64,000 bases of DNA from Spirochaetia bacterium. GTDB taxonomy: Bacteria > Spirochaetota > Spirochaetia > UBA9216. The notes beneath the pieces were generated by a model. The model searched no databases, was not told where the DNA came from, and was given only the letters and a program-made list of their open reading frames with translations. Shown here piece by piece: positions 1 to 10,618 of this stretch. The DNA lies in NCBI GenBank assembly GCA_965140585.1, contig OZ223265.1:1-64000 (forward strand). The letters run 5' to 3'. Every line of letters begins with the position of its first letter. Positions within the stretch are counted from its first letter, which is position 1. The translations under genes and the position numbers were made by a program.

Positions 1-2
1 AT

Positions 3-1160
3 GACTTTCTAAGCTGGTACAACACAATGATAGAAAACAGTCTCTATCCTGATAAATCGCCCTTTGCATGCGCACTCTTTGATCTCAGAGCCCTGCCATA
101 TACCGACCGGATGACGCTGAGCCGTGAAGAGCAGAACCGCATGAATATTTTCAACTATCCATCTCCCCAGGGACTGCCGGAGCTCAGAACCGAGATCGCC
201 CGTCGCAGTATTGATGCTGGGATTATGACTGATCCGGAGGATATTATTATCACCGAGGGAAGCATGAGCGCAATTGCCCTGGCGGTAAAGCTGCATACAA
301 AACCCGGAGATACGGTGGCTCTCGAAAGTCCTTTTTACTATAACTTTCTCTATCTGCTAAGAGAGTACGGTCTGAAGGTTATAGAAATCCCGACGGATCC
401 CGCAACCGGTATGAATCTTGATGTTCTGGAGTTTGTAATAAACAGGCACCCGGTAAAAGCGGTTATTACTGTTCCCACAAACCACAACCCGCTCGGCTTC
501 ACTATGCCTGCTGAAAATAAAAAAAGGCTTGTTGAACTTCTTCAGCTCCGGGATATTCTGCTTTTTGAAGACGATATTTACGGAGATATAAGTTTTACCG
601 AAAAAAGGGAGCCTGCCTGTAAGGCATTTGATAAATCAGGGCGGGTGATTCTGTGTTCATCCTTCTCGAAAAGTCTCTCACCCGGGCTGCGGCTGGGATG
701 GCTGATTCCGGGAATATGGAAAGAGAAAATACTGGCGTTGAAAACAATGACGAATATTTCAACCTCCCTGCCCTCCCAGATGATAGCCCTTAATTTTATG
801 CAGAGCGGCTACTATGACAGACATCTGCGTCAGCTGCGGAAGAAGGCCGCTGAAAGACTTACAGCACTCAGGGAAGCCGTATGCAGGCATCTGCCTCCGG
901 AGGTCAAGGTTACAGATCCTTCAGGCGGCTTTATACTCTGGCTTACACTTCCGGGAAACGGTGATATGGACCGGATTTATGAGCTGTGTAAAGCAGGCGG
1001 TATGGTATTCTCACCCGGCAGACTCTTCAGTCTTGAAGGCCGCTGGAACAATTGCTTACGGCTCAGTGCCGGCTACTATACACCCGAACTCGAGGATATG
1101 GTTAAACTGCTCGGGAATGTAATCAGGGAAAACTGGAACTTCAGTCAGAACCGCTTCTGA
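3..1160 (+). CDS. MocR/GabR-family PLP-dependent aminotransferase-like regulator (5' partial, HTH probably upstream of window)
   Basis: Class I/II aminotransferase motifs (EDDIYGD, SFSKSLSPGLRLGW); frame open back to the window edge. Confidence 0.85.
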   Translation, partial: DFLSWYNTMIENSLYPDKSPFACALFDLRALPYTDRMTLSREEQNRMNIFNYPSPQGLPELRTEIARRSIDAGIMTDPEDIIITEGSMSAIALAVKLHTKPGDTVALESPFYYNFLYLLREYGLKVIEIPTDPATGMNLDVLEFVINRHPVKAVITVPTNHNPLGFTMPAENKKRLVELLQLRDILLFEDDIYGDISFTEKREPACKAFDKSGRVILCSSFSKSLSPGLRLGWLIPGIWKEKILALKTMTNISTSLPSQMIALNFMQSGYYDRHLRQLRKKAAERLTALREAVCRHLPPEVKVTDPSGGFILWLTLPGNGDMDRIYELCKAGGMVFSPGRLFSLEGRWNNCLRLSAGYYTPELEDMVKLLGNVIRENWNFSQNRF

Positions 1161-1539
1161 AGTCGGTGTAATCCTTAAGTTCCCGGTTATCGGCCAGCCC
1201 GAAAACTGAAATCAGAGTTTCCAGCTCGCATTTGCTCTGCTCAGATACATCAGTAATCACACCGCCGTTTGTATAATATCTGGGATTTTTGTCTTTTCTG
1301 GCCCAGAGGAACTGAATCTCCAGTTCTGCGTATTCAAGCAGATATCTGCCAGTACGCGGCAGCTCCAGGAAAAACTTTTTCCTGCTCCCCGATTCAAAGG
1401 GTTCGGTGCTGATAATCATTATTCCTGTTTCGGATAAATCGCCAAGCCATCCAATCTGCGGACCGTCCTTCTTCGAATAAATTTTCGGATACAGAAGTAT
1501 ATGGCGCCTGGTTTCTTCGCGTTTCGACTCATCATTCAT
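1141..1539 (-). CDS. Stand-alone PilZ-domain protein
   Basis: RxxxR (KREETRR) and DxSxxG (DLSETG) motifs; last gene of the chemosensory operon. Confidence 0.8.
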   Translation of the reverse strand: MNDESKREETRRHILLYPKIYSKKDGPQIGWLGDLSETGIMIISTEPFESGSRKKFFLELPRTGRYLLEYAELEIQFLWARKDKNPRYYTNGGVITDVSEQSKCELETLISVFGLADNRELKDYTDFRSGSD

Positions 1540-3557
1540 TACAGTCCTCCGGAATTGAAGTGCTCAACCTCCCCCGAAAGCTTCTGAAGATCGCCCACTG
1601 TTGCTTCAAAATTGGTTATCTGAGTGCCGAGGATTTCGCTGATATGTTCATAGGAGGCTTCAGACTGACTTAACAGCCTTTCAAAAACCTGCTCCATAAG
1701 ATGAGAAAGATCCCTGCCCTCCTTTATCTTTAAAGCCTCATCCTGCCCGGCTCCCACAAGCTCACTGGATGATTCCTGGATTTCCCTTATTCTCTTTTTT
1801 ATTTCCTCGGTGGAAATTACTGTATTATCCGCCAGCCGCCGGATCTCGGAAGCAACTATTTCAAAATTCTTCCCCTTCTCCCCGGCGGAGGATGCTTCAA
1901 GCTCGGCATTGAAGGCTATGATTTTTGTCTGGGCCGCTATGGAATTGATGATGCCGACAATCTCCCAGATACCCTCGATCTGTTCACCGAGATTCCTGAT
2001 ACCCTTTACCGTATCATTGCTGGTAAGCTGTATCTCCTCCATTTTTTTCATCGTGTCCTGGATGTACTCTACTCCGTTATTTACCAGTTCATTATTTTCC
2101 TTTGAAAGATCGTAAATCTTTGATATTCCGGATTTGCTGCCGCCTCCGTTTTTATCACCGGAAAGAACTACTACAAACTGCATTATTTTGCCGATGGAAT
2201 CCTTAAGCCGTCTGCTCAGCAGATCCGACATCTCGCGCCGGCTGAGTCTTTCATAATGAAAGCAGTTTTCGGGCTTATTAAGGCCATTGTATATTGCGAC
2301 TGCCATCTTCTCACAGCAGCCGTAACCGCATGCGCCGCAGTTTAAAAAATCATCTTTCGCATATTTATGCATCCGCTTGTAAACACGGTCGAGCTCCATA
2401 TTATCAGGAAAAGTAATCAGGTTCTCATGGCTGCGATCCAGATATTCCCTTTTATACAGGTCTGCCTGCCAGTACCGGTTCACCGTCCGCCTGACCCTTG
2501 CATCAGCCATTTTCATCGTCCTGAACCCCTTATATTTCTTCCGCATCTCCTGGTTACGCTGTTCTACCGCAAATTCAATATCATCCGGAGACTTACCGAG
2601 GTTGAGTGTTCCGGGGCCTCCGTTGCAGCCTAGTTCACAGTTAAGGCAGTCAACAACAGCAGGGGCATGTCCTTCATCTATGGATCTTTTCAGATGATCC
2701 AGATAATGGTAGATAATATCCGGCCCCTCAATCTTTCTGGTTTTGCGCGCATATGACGGAGCCTCCCTTTCAAGAGTCCGCAGAAGTCCGCCGGGAGTTG
2801 AAAACAGAACAGCGCGTTCGGCCGGTGAATTGGAGAAATTTATTTCATTAAACATTGAAAAACTCAGCCCGTTTTTATTAATATAGCCGGCGATTGACTG
2901 ATAAGTGATATTGTAATCTCCGAATCCGGTATCATCAAACTCGCGTCTTTTTGCATAGCATGGAGAGATTATAACAACCTTGTATCCTGAGTACTGCGGG
3001 TAGTATTCCTGTATCATCTTTATTGTATGAAGCATCGGGCTGTCGGCGGGAGCCAGATAGGGCAGCAGTTCCGGTCTATATGTCTCAATGTATGTGACTA
3101 TGGCGGGGCATGGCTGCGCAATAACAGTATCAGGTTTTGCACTCTTAATGTATTCAATATAACTTTTGACTGTCAGTTCCGCTCCGAAGCTCACATCAAA
3201 AAAGGCTTCAACACCAATTGTATTAAGCCAGCCGTTCACCCGTAAATAATCACCTGGAAAGTTGGAGGCCACCGCCGGCGCAGCTATTGCAATAAGCTTT
3301 TCCTCCCTGGATCCGGCCTGCAGAAATGCCTCAAAATCATCAATTCCGTGTCTGGCATCATGCGTGCATGCAGTGATGCAGCTGCCGCAGCCTATGCAAA
3401 GCTGAGGATTAATTGACACGTGATCTCCGCTGCCGTCATTGCAGTACTTCACCGGGCAGGCGTCTATGCATGCATGGCAGTTAACACAGTTATCAAAATC
3501 AACTTCAATTATTTTCCTAAGCTCTCTCACGCTCATCAGCAGTCCTCCGGCTGTCAT
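1539..3557 (-). CDS. Group C-type (sensory) [FeFe]-hydrogenase-like domain fused to a cytoplasmic methyl-accepting chemotaxis domain
   Basis: Two N-terminal CxxCxxCxxxC ferredoxin motifs; H-cluster-like motifs AQPCP, SPCYAKRRE, CELGCNGGPG; CGACGYGCC FeS domain; C-terminal MCP hairpin; no TM segment. Confidence 0.8.
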   Translation of the reverse strand: MTAGGLLMSVRELRKIIEVDFDNCVNCHACIDACPVKYCNDGSGDHVSINPQLCIGCGSCITACTHDARHGIDDFEAFLQAGSREEKLIAIAAPAVASNFPGDYLRVNGWLNTIGVEAFFDVSFGAELTVKSYIEYIKSAKPDTVIAQPCPAIVTYIETYRPELLPYLAPADSPMLHTIKMIQEYYPQYSGYKVVIISPCYAKRREFDDTGFGDYNITYQSIAGYINKNGLSFSMFNEINFSNSPAERAVLFSTPGGLLRTLEREAPSYARKTRKIEGPDIIYHYLDHLKRSIDEGHAPAVVDCLNCELGCNGGPGTLNLGKSPDDIEFAVEQRNQEMRKKYKGFRTMKMADARVRRTVNRYWQADLYKREYLDRSHENLITFPDNMELDRVYKRMHKYAKDDFLNCGACGYGCCEKMAVAIYNGLNKPENCFHYERLSRREMSDLLSRRLKDSIGKIMQFVVVLSGDKNGGGSKSGISKIYDLSKENNELVNNGVEYIQDTMKKMEEIQLTSNDTVKGIRNLGEQIEGIWEIVGIINSIAAQTKIIAFNAELEASSAGEKGKNFEIVASEIRRLADNTVISTEEIKKRIREIQESSSELVGAGQDEALKIKEGRDLSHLMEQVFERLLSQSEASYEHISEILGTQITNFEATVGDLQKLSGEVEHFNSGGL

Positions 3558-5404
3558 TATTTAAAATCAAGAGCAAGAGACCCGTTCCAGCCTTCCGGCG
3601 GTTGCTCTTCAAATTCTTCACATCGTTTTATAAAATTTTGTACTATGAAATCGTTCTCAATCTTTTTATTCAGCTGTCTGAAGTATTCAAGGGCGCTGGT
3701 AAAATTACCGAGCTTATACATTTTATAAGCCTTGTAGTAATCTTTCAGATAATCTTCATCCATAATCCGTTTATCAAACTCAACAGAATAAAGACTTGTA
3801 GCAATATCCTTTCCCTTAACTTTTACAAAATCAACTTCACGAAGCGGAAATTCACTTCCTATCTGCTTATATACCTCTTCCGATACAAGGATCTCGCGTT
3901 TATAGTGCTTTGTAAGGCCTTCAAGCCTGGCGGCAAGGTTTACAGCGTCTCCGATTGCTGTATAGTCAAACTTTGTTGATGATCCGATATTCCCTACGAT
4001 GACACTGCCCTCATGAAGCCCAATTCCGATATGTACGCTTCCGCCTGGAATATCCATGCCTTCGGTGCTAATCCCCGGAAGAGCTTCAATCATTTCCCTG
4101 GCTGCAAGCGCTGCCCGCATTGCGTTATCTTCGTAGCTGATCGGAGCTCCGAAAATAGCGAAGATTGCATCACCGATAAACTTGTCTATATTTCCGCCGT
4201 GCTTTTTAATTATTGCAACCTGGGTATCGAAATAGCGGTTAAGAAATCCGACAACATGTTCAGGAGAATTGGTTTCAGAGATGGTAGTGAATGATCTTAT
4301 ATCCGAAAAAAGTATGGCAACGCGGCGCTTTTCACCTACCATCAGGTCCTTGTCTGATTCCTTGTCTATCAGGTCATTTATAATTTCTTCAGGCACAAAT
4401 TTCGAAAAAACATGCCTTATGCGGTCTTTCATTTCAACGACTTCCCTGAACAGAAGCGAATTTTCAACTATCATTCCGGCACCGTCTGCAAATATATTGA
4501 TATTATTTACGATCAGGTCCGAGAAATAGTTATTTGAAAAGTTTCCAAGATGAAGCGTCGCTACAACCTTTCCGCCCTTGCCCTTCAGTCTGAAACATGA
4601 ATATGAACTTATCTTTTTGCCGTCAAGTCTTTCACGGTCAAAATCATCCCGGTTTTCCAGATCAAAAACGGTATTTTCAATCATATCCATGTTTAGTGAA
4701 GGAAAACTTTCATAGAAATCGTTTAGACAAATCTGCTCAAAATCATCCATATCAGGTTTAAAGATATTGTCTTCAATCCGGATATACGCATAAGGCCGTT
4801 TTTTGTATTCAAGCATCAGAACGGCAATGTGACTTTCGCATACTTTTTTTAGCAGAAGCAGGATTTCTTTTATTGTATCCTGAAGTGAGCGCATGGATGA
4901 GTGACCTATTTCACCCAGCAGGTTATGGATTGTCGAATTAAAAAGCTGAACATCAAGGGTCATCCCGATCATTTCAAAAATTTTGTCCCGGGTGAGATTC
5001 TCCGCTTCTTCGGTTAATCCTTCAAAATCCAGCGGCTCATGGTTAATCAGCTGTTCCACCCGGGAAAGCAGGAGGTCGAGGTTGTCGAAATCCTTGTTTA
5101 TAAACTCGTCTGCCCCGCAGGAAATTGCCCAGTACTTATCGCGGTCGTCAGTGAGGCTTGTGTGCATCAGAATCGGGATATCGCGAATCCAGCGTCTTGA
5201 TTTAAGAAGGCGGCTGGCCTGGTAGCCCTGCATCAGCGGCATTTCAACATCCATGATTATGAGATCGGGTATTATCTGATATGCAGCCTCCACCCCCTCA
5301 ACACCGTTTGCCGCCCGGCTGATCTCATATCCGTGTTCCTCAAGAAACTGTGTCAGCATTCCTGCTACGAGATCGGAATCATCAACAATCAGGATCTTCT
5401 TCAT
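3557..5404 (-). CDS. Response regulator with class III adenylate/guanylate cyclase domain
   Basis: N-terminal REC (VDDS...IMD); cyclase motifs FSDIRSFT, DKFIGDA, DYTAIGDAVNLAARLE. Confidence 0.9.
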   Translation of the reverse strand: MKKILIVDDSDLVAGMLTQFLEEHGYEISRAANGVEGVEAAYQIIPDLIIMDVEMPLMQGYQASRLLKSRRWIRDIPILMHTSLTDDRDKYWAISCGADEFINKDFDNLDLLLSRVEQLINHEPLDFEGLTEEAENLTRDKIFEMIGMTLDVQLFNSTIHNLLGEIGHSSMRSLQDTIKEILLLLKKVCESHIAVLMLEYKKRPYAYIRIEDNIFKPDMDDFEQICLNDFYESFPSLNMDMIENTVFDLENRDDFDRERLDGKKISSYSCFRLKGKGGKVVATLHLGNFSNNYFSDLIVNNINIFADGAGMIVENSLLFREVVEMKDRIRHVFSKFVPEEIINDLIDKESDKDLMVGEKRRVAILFSDIRSFTTISETNSPEHVVGFLNRYFDTQVAIIKKHGGNIDKFIGDAIFAIFGAPISYEDNAMRAALAAREMIEALPGISTEGMDIPGGSVHIGIGLHEGSVIVGNIGSSTKFDYTAIGDAVNLAARLEGLTKHYKREILVSEEVYKQIGSEFPLREVDFVKVKGKDIATSLYSVEFDKRIMDEDYLKDYYKAYKMYKLGNFTSALEYFRQLNKKIENDFIVQNFIKRCEEFEEQPPEGWNGSLALDFK

Positions 5405-5408
5405 AATA

Positions 5409-7643
5409 TCAGCCGATAAGCCTTTTCACCTCATCCATCAGATTGCCCCTCTCAAACTCGGACTTCACAATGTATGAATCAGCACCAAGCTGAGCAAATT
5501 TCTCACGTGATTCAGCGGTATCCACAGATGAAATAACAATTATCGGGGTGTCATCATAGTTTTTGTTTTTACGCAGATTCTCAACAAATGTGTATCCGTC
5601 CATACGCGGCATCTGAATATCTGTTAAAACAAGATGGTAATACTGCTCCTTTGCCTTCTCAAGACCGTCTATCCCGTCCACCGCGGTTTCTACGCTGTAA
5701 TTCTCTGCTTCTAGAATTGACTTTTCAATCTCTCTTGTCGTAAGCGAATCATCAACAACAAGAACCTTTTTATATTCACGATTGGACAGGGAGAAGCGTT
5801 TTTTTGAATCAATATTTCTCATACGCTTGAACCGGTTTATGACATCAGGTATATAGAGAATGTTTACGATATTGAAACTCTCATCAAAGACTATTCCCTG
5901 AATTATTTTAAGCCTGTTCAGACTTGCAGGAAGGGGCTTGTAAACAAGTGAAGCATACTGAATTACCGAGTCAACAACTATGCCTATCATCTCGCCCAGA
6001 GATTCCGCGACTACAACGAAGTATTTCTGCAAGCCCTCTGTTTCCTCACGGTCGAGGATTGATGAAAGATGATAAACAGGAATTATTTTGTCCCGCAGTT
6101 TAATTGCCTTCCGGTTAAGAAGATCCAGCTTATCTTCTTCCTTTATTATGAGAAGCTCCTTTACAAAATTTGTAGGGACAAGAAACTTCTCTCCGGCTGC
6201 TGACAGGAAGAAGCCCTCGACTGTTGCAAGGCTGAGAGGAAGTGCAAGGATAAACTCGCTGCCTTCTTCCAGTTCGGTATTCAGAGTTACCTTCCCCTTA
6301 ATCTTTTCAATATTGAAGCGGACAATATCAAGGCCCACACCCCTGCCTGATAAATCGGTTATGCTGTCTTTTGTTGAAAAACCGGACTGGAACAGGAAAG
6401 TATTAAGAGAATTCTCCTCCATGACCAGAATCTCCTCTTCCTGGGAGGGATTGAGTTCGACAGCCTTTCGTCTCAGTTTATTGTAATCAATACCGCGTCC
6501 GTCATCCCTGATGGAGATTATTATATTCCCGCCCTCGGAACTGCATTTTATCGATATTCTGCCGGCCCGTGGTTTACCCTTCTCTTCCCTTGTATCAGGA
6601 TCTTCAATTCCGTGATCTATGGAATTTCTGACGATGTGTATTATCGGGTCATGCAGATTTTCGAGGATTACCTTGTCGATCAGGATATCTGTCCCCGTCA
6701 TTTCAAGTTCAATTTCCTTGCCTATCTGCAGGGCTGTTTCCTCTATCATCTTGCCAAGGCTTCCGAGGATCAGCTCAAGCGGCAGCATTCTGAGGCTGAG
6801 AATTTCCTCCTGAACCTCGAAGGTCCCGCGTTCGAGAAGCGGCAGCTCTTCACTGAAGTTTTTCCGTATCTGCTGGATCAGTTTCAGACATTCGGTGTAT
6901 CTGCGGTTGTATTCGCTGCTCTCATGCCCGCCGTCGCCGCCTGTATACGAGGCAAGCTCCCTGAAACTGGTTTCAAGTTCGGTGAGTACATCGTTTTCCT
7001 TTTTAAACTGGAACTGGCGGATAATGAGGTTGTTCAGAGATTTGACTATCTTGTCCACCTGGCTGATTTTTATCCTGATGCTTTCCTGCTCTGCAAGCTC
7101 CTGCTTTCCGCTTGAAGCCGAGGGAGGCATAACTTCCTCAGCCGGTTTCTCTCTCTGAGAATCCACTGCCGGTGCGGCCGGTGCTGCAGCCGTCGAGCCG
7201 TCGAGGCTTTCCTCTTTCTGCAGACGGACGTCCTCGATAGTATAGGGTTCGTTGTTGTAGGCGCTTTCGTACACCTTCAGCAGCCTGTCGATATTGATTG
7301 ATTCGTCGGACTTTTCACTTTTTACCGCTGCAGATGCAGCCTCAAGATAATCGGTAGTAATAAAAACCAGCTGTATTACTCCCTTTGAAATCTCGTAACG
7401 GCCCTCCTTGACCCCCTTAAAAACGTTCTCAAGGCCATGGGATATCTGTTCGATCTGCCTGAATTTGAGCATTCTGGAGGAGCCTTTCACTGTATGCAGA
7501 GCTCTGAGAACCGAGCTGAGTTCCTCCTCGTTTTGAGGATCCTTTTTAAGTTTAAGAATTCCGGAATTTAGAAGTTCCATATTATCCTTCAACTCATCGA
7601 GAAAATTATCTATAAACACGTTCCGATCAAGAGCCATCTGCAC
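5409..7643 (-). CDS. cheA: CheA-type histidine kinase with C-terminal receiver (WspE-like)
   Basis: HPt (LHTVKGSS), HIVRNSIDHGIE, GRGVGLD, CheW domain, C-terminal REC. Confidence 0.92.
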   Translation of the reverse strand: MQMALDRNVFIDNFLDELKDNMELLNSGILKLKKDPQNEEELSSVLRALHTVKGSSRMLKFRQIEQISHGLENVFKGVKEGRYEISKGVIQLVFITTDYLEAASAAVKSEKSDESINIDRLLKVYESAYNNEPYTIEDVRLQKEESLDGSTAAAPAAPAVDSQREKPAEEVMPPSASSGKQELAEQESIRIKISQVDKIVKSLNNLIIRQFQFKKENDVLTELETSFRELASYTGGDGGHESSEYNRRYTECLKLIQQIRKNFSEELPLLERGTFEVQEEILSLRMLPLELILGSLGKMIEETALQIGKEIELEMTGTDILIDKVILENLHDPIIHIVRNSIDHGIEDPDTREEKGKPRAGRISIKCSSEGGNIIISIRDDGRGIDYNKLRRKAVELNPSQEEEILVMEENSLNTFLFQSGFSTKDSITDLSGRGVGLDIVRFNIEKIKGKVTLNTELEEGSEFILALPLSLATVEGFFLSAAGEKFLVPTNFVKELLIIKEEDKLDLLNRKAIKLRDKIIPVYHLSSILDREETEGLQKYFVVVAESLGEMIGIVVDSVIQYASLVYKPLPASLNRLKIIQGIVFDESFNIVNILYIPDVINRFKRMRNIDSKKRFSLSNREYKKVLVVDDSLTTREIEKSILEAENYSVETAVDGIDGLEKAKEQYYHLVLTDIQMPRMDGYTFVENLRKNKNYDDTPIIVISSVDTAESREKFAQLGADSYIVKSEFERGNLMDEVKRLIG

Positions 7644-9072
7644 CTCTCATTCTGTTCTGAAACTGTTCACATGCGCGCAGAAAGTATTTTCCGTTAAAAC
7701 CTTCAAGAAGTATCTGATACCTGAAGCTCCCCTCTTCAATATATTTTCTGATGCTTCCTATACAGCTTCTTATTACCGGATGAGCCTCTGCAGTTTCCGA
7801 CCCTGAAAGGATGACAGCAATATGGAACCCGGCCGGCCAGAAAGTGCTGTCACGGCCCAGGGAGTTTTTAAAGTAATTCAATGCCTCCTGCCGGTCGCCT
7901 TTCATATAGGCGATGTATCCGTACAGATAGTCGGTAAGCTTGCTGCTGCCTGCTGATTTTTCAAGATCTGAGGTAAGCTGCTCAGCTTCTTCTGAAGAGC
8001 TGATATTTATCTGATGGATTATCCGGATGAGTATGAGTGAAAGTTCATAATTAGGATCATTTGCAATATAGAAAATCCGGTTATTCACCCTGTTCCCTGC
8101 ATATTCAATGATCAAATCCGGATCAGGAGCGGCCATAAACGGTGCCGGCTTTTCTTCTGTATCTTTTATATGAACCGGGGCTCTTTCAGCGATAGCTGTT
8201 ACAGCCTGTTCTTTTATTGCAGTATTTATATACGTAACAATTGCCTCATCCGGTGACTTGTCTTCACTGCTTTTCTTTCTGAAAAAGTAGACACCATCAT
8301 CTTCTTCAAGCGCCAGATCGGCATGCGAAATGAGCGGCATTTCCGTTGAAGACAGGAAAAGATAGCCGTCAGGTTTCAGCCTGCCAAGAACATTAGCAAG
8401 AATACTTCTCCGGTTTTCAGTATTAAAATAAATCATTGTATTTCGTAGAAAAATAATATCAAAAACAGGTGAATCTTCCGGATTGGCGGTAAATAGGTTA
8501 CGGTTCTCAATATTAATACGGTTAATCAGATCATGGCTGATTAATGTGTCATTACCGCTTTTTACAGAGTGATTCCTAATCAGTTCGTGATATCCTCTTC
8601 CATCATCTCTGAATGAATTAGGCCTGTATTTACCGATTCTGAAGCGTATAAGCACTTCCTCACTTATATCGGAGGCATGAACTTTAAATCGCCCCTGCCC
8701 AAGTGTTTTATCTGCGGCGAGATACAGTGATATGGGCTCCTCACCGGACGAGCAGGAGGCACTCCACAGGCTGATTGGGTCTGTAGTGGCAGCTTTATGT
8801 TCGAGAAGCTTATTTAAAACCCTGAAATGCTTCTCTTCACGGAAAAAGTAGGTTTCATTAATTGTTACTGCGTCAATGAACTGAAAATACTCCTGCCTGT
8901 CCGCCTCAATGAAGCGGATATATTCACCTATATCAAGATTCCGCTCAGCGGTCTGTTTTTCAAGAAAAGTCCTGACAATCCTGTAGTTGGTTTCAGGCAG
9001 ATCGATCCCTGTACGGGAAGCAATATAATCCAGGGCTGTTCTGAACTCTGATTCGTCTATGTTTATTCTCAA
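7627..9072 (-). CDS. cheR: CheR methyltransferase with C-terminal TPR-like extension (WspC-like)
   Basis: TINETYFFRE, WSASCSSGEEP, FDIIFLRN motifs; helical C-terminus. Confidence 0.9.
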   Translation of the reverse strand: MRINIDESEFRTALDYIASRTGIDLPETNYRIVRTFLEKQTAERNLDIGEYIRFIEADRQEYFQFIDAVTINETYFFREEKHFRVLNKLLEHKAATTDPISLWSASCSSGEEPISLYLAADKTLGQGRFKVHASDISEEVLIRFRIGKYRPNSFRDDGRGYHELIRNHSVKSGNDTLISHDLINRINIENRNLFTANPEDSPVFDIIFLRNTMIYFNTENRRSILANVLGRLKPDGYLFLSSTEMPLISHADLALEEDDGVYFFRKKSSEDKSPDEAIVTYINTAIKEQAVTAIAERAPVHIKDTEEKPAPFMAAPDPDLIIEYAGNRVNNRIFYIANDPNYELSLILIRIIHQINISSSEEAEQLTSDLEKSAGSSKLTDYLYGYIAYMKGDRQEALNYFKNSLGRDSTFWPAGFHIAVILSGSETAEAHPVIRSCIGSIRKYIEEGSFRYQILLEGFNGKYFLRACEQFQNRMRGADGS

Positions 9073-10118
9073 CCTGCAGCCACCTTTTTCATTACAGCCG
9101 GAATCTCATCTAGCGGAAGCACCTGTGTAGCTGCTCCAAGACGTACTGCCTCTTTGGGCATACCGTAAATCGCCGATGTCGCCTGATCCTGTACGAGGGT
9201 AATGCCGCCCTGCTCAATGATACTCAGGCAGCCCGCGGCTCCGTCGCTGCCCATTCCGGTCAGCAGCACTCCTGCAATTTCACTGCCGTAGGCGGCGGCG
9301 GCGGATTTAAAAAGTACATCGACCGCCGGTTTCTGATTCAAAACCTTATCTCCGTCGTCCGGCATGATTACCGGTCCCTTTTTCAGGATAATATGCCGGT
9401 CATTCGGGGCCAGATAGACATACCCGGGCTTACAGTCCATCTTCTCATGTACAAGGATCACCTTTAGAGCAGAGAGTTCATTCAGCCAGTCGCAGTAGCC
9501 CTGATCAAATCCGGTTTCAAGATGCTGTACAAGAGCAACCGGTACCGGAAGATCCGAAGGAAGCATTGAAAGTATTGTTCTGACAGCCTTCGGTCCTCCC
9601 GTGGACGCCCCCATCACAATCATTGCCGGGTTAAAGCCCCGCAGAATACTTTTCTGCTGATTAGCGGTATCAGAAACCTCATCCTTTCTTAGACTACTGA
9701 AATCCGGTGCCGTGACTTCAGACTTTTTAATACCCTTGCCTGAACCAAGCATTCTCAGCTTTGAATAAAACTCGTTTAGAAATTGCGGATCGTTATACTG
9801 TCCGATATCAGGCTTTGTCATTACATCCACAGCGCCGGCATTGCATGCCTGAAAACTGACATCCGCATCAACAGATGTTGAGAAAATTATTATAGGAACC
9901 GGATAGCTGGCCATAATAGCTTTTGTGGCTTCAATTCCATTCATAATCGGCATATTCACATCGAGCAGAACCAGGTCCGGCTTGATTTTTTCAACGGCCT
10001 CCGCGCCTGCCTTACCGTTGGACGCTTCACCCGCGAGTTCCATATCAGGAGCTTCGGAGAGAATCTGTTTAACAATGCTTCTTACGAGGGCTGAATCGTC
10101 TATGATAAAAACTCTCAT
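9069..10118 (-). CDS. cheB: CheB methylesterase with receiver domain
   Basis: REC plus GASTGGP, VQH, LTGMGSDG motifs. Confidence 0.93.
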   Translation of the reverse strand: MRVFIIDDSALVRSIVKQILSEAPDMELAGEASNGKAGAEAVEKIKPDLVLLDVNMPIMNGIEATKAIMASYPVPIIIFSTSVDADVSFQACNAGAVDVMTKPDIGQYNDPQFLNEFYSKLRMLGSGKGIKKSEVTAPDFSSLRKDEVSDTANQQKSILRGFNPAMIVMGASTGGPKAVRTILSMLPSDLPVPVALVQHLETGFDQGYCDWLNELSALKVILVHEKMDCKPGYVYLAPNDRHIILKKGPVIMPDDGDKVLNQKPAVDVLFKSAAAAYGSEIAGVLLTGMGSDGAAGCLSIIEQGGITLVQDQATSAIYGMPKEAVRLGAATQVLPLDEIPAVMKKVAAG

Positions 10119-10618
10119 ACGGGAACCTTCCTTTCTATGCCGGAGGAATTAAAAACGAAAGCTTCCAGATCAATAAGAAACTGCGGGTATTCCGGTTTGC
10201 GGAACCGGCAGCCGAGAAGCCCTTCATTTAAAAGACGTTTCCGCAGCGATACAGGTATCAGTTTGATCTCATCAAGCAGTATTGAATTAATCTCAGCCTG
10301 GCTTCCAATCTTGAGAGCAATATATCTTGTCGAGATATCATCCAGTTCTTTTACCAGCCCGCTGAATTTTTTTCGGCTTTCCTCGGTATATCCTTCTGTA
10401 TCACAGATCAGTGCTAGCTTCAGGCTTTCAGATTCCTTCAGCTTAAATTCCCTGCCCAGCAGCCTGTCCATATTGAAAGTAAAGATATTATCACCGTTGA
10501 ACTCTACAATCCCGGATTCACGCTCAAGATAGAGGCTTGAAAAAAAACTGTCCCGATCTACAAGAAATCCAAGCCCGTCATATGAAAGTTCAAGAAAATC
10601 ATGCCTTCTCTGCATCAA
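10115..10618 (-). CDS. Probable divergent CheW-like protein
   Basis: Position between cheW and cheB as in Wsp operons; CheW-like C-terminus (FLIDLE); weak similarity only. Confidence 0.5.
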   Translation of the reverse strand: MMQRRHDFLELSYDGLGFLVDRDSFFSSLYLERESGIVEFNGDNIFTFNMDRLLGREFKLKESESLKLALICDTEGYTEESRKKFSGLVKELDDISTRYIALKIGSQAEINSILLDEIKLIPVSLRKRLLNEGLLGCRFRKPEYPQFLIDLEAFVFNSSGIERKVPV

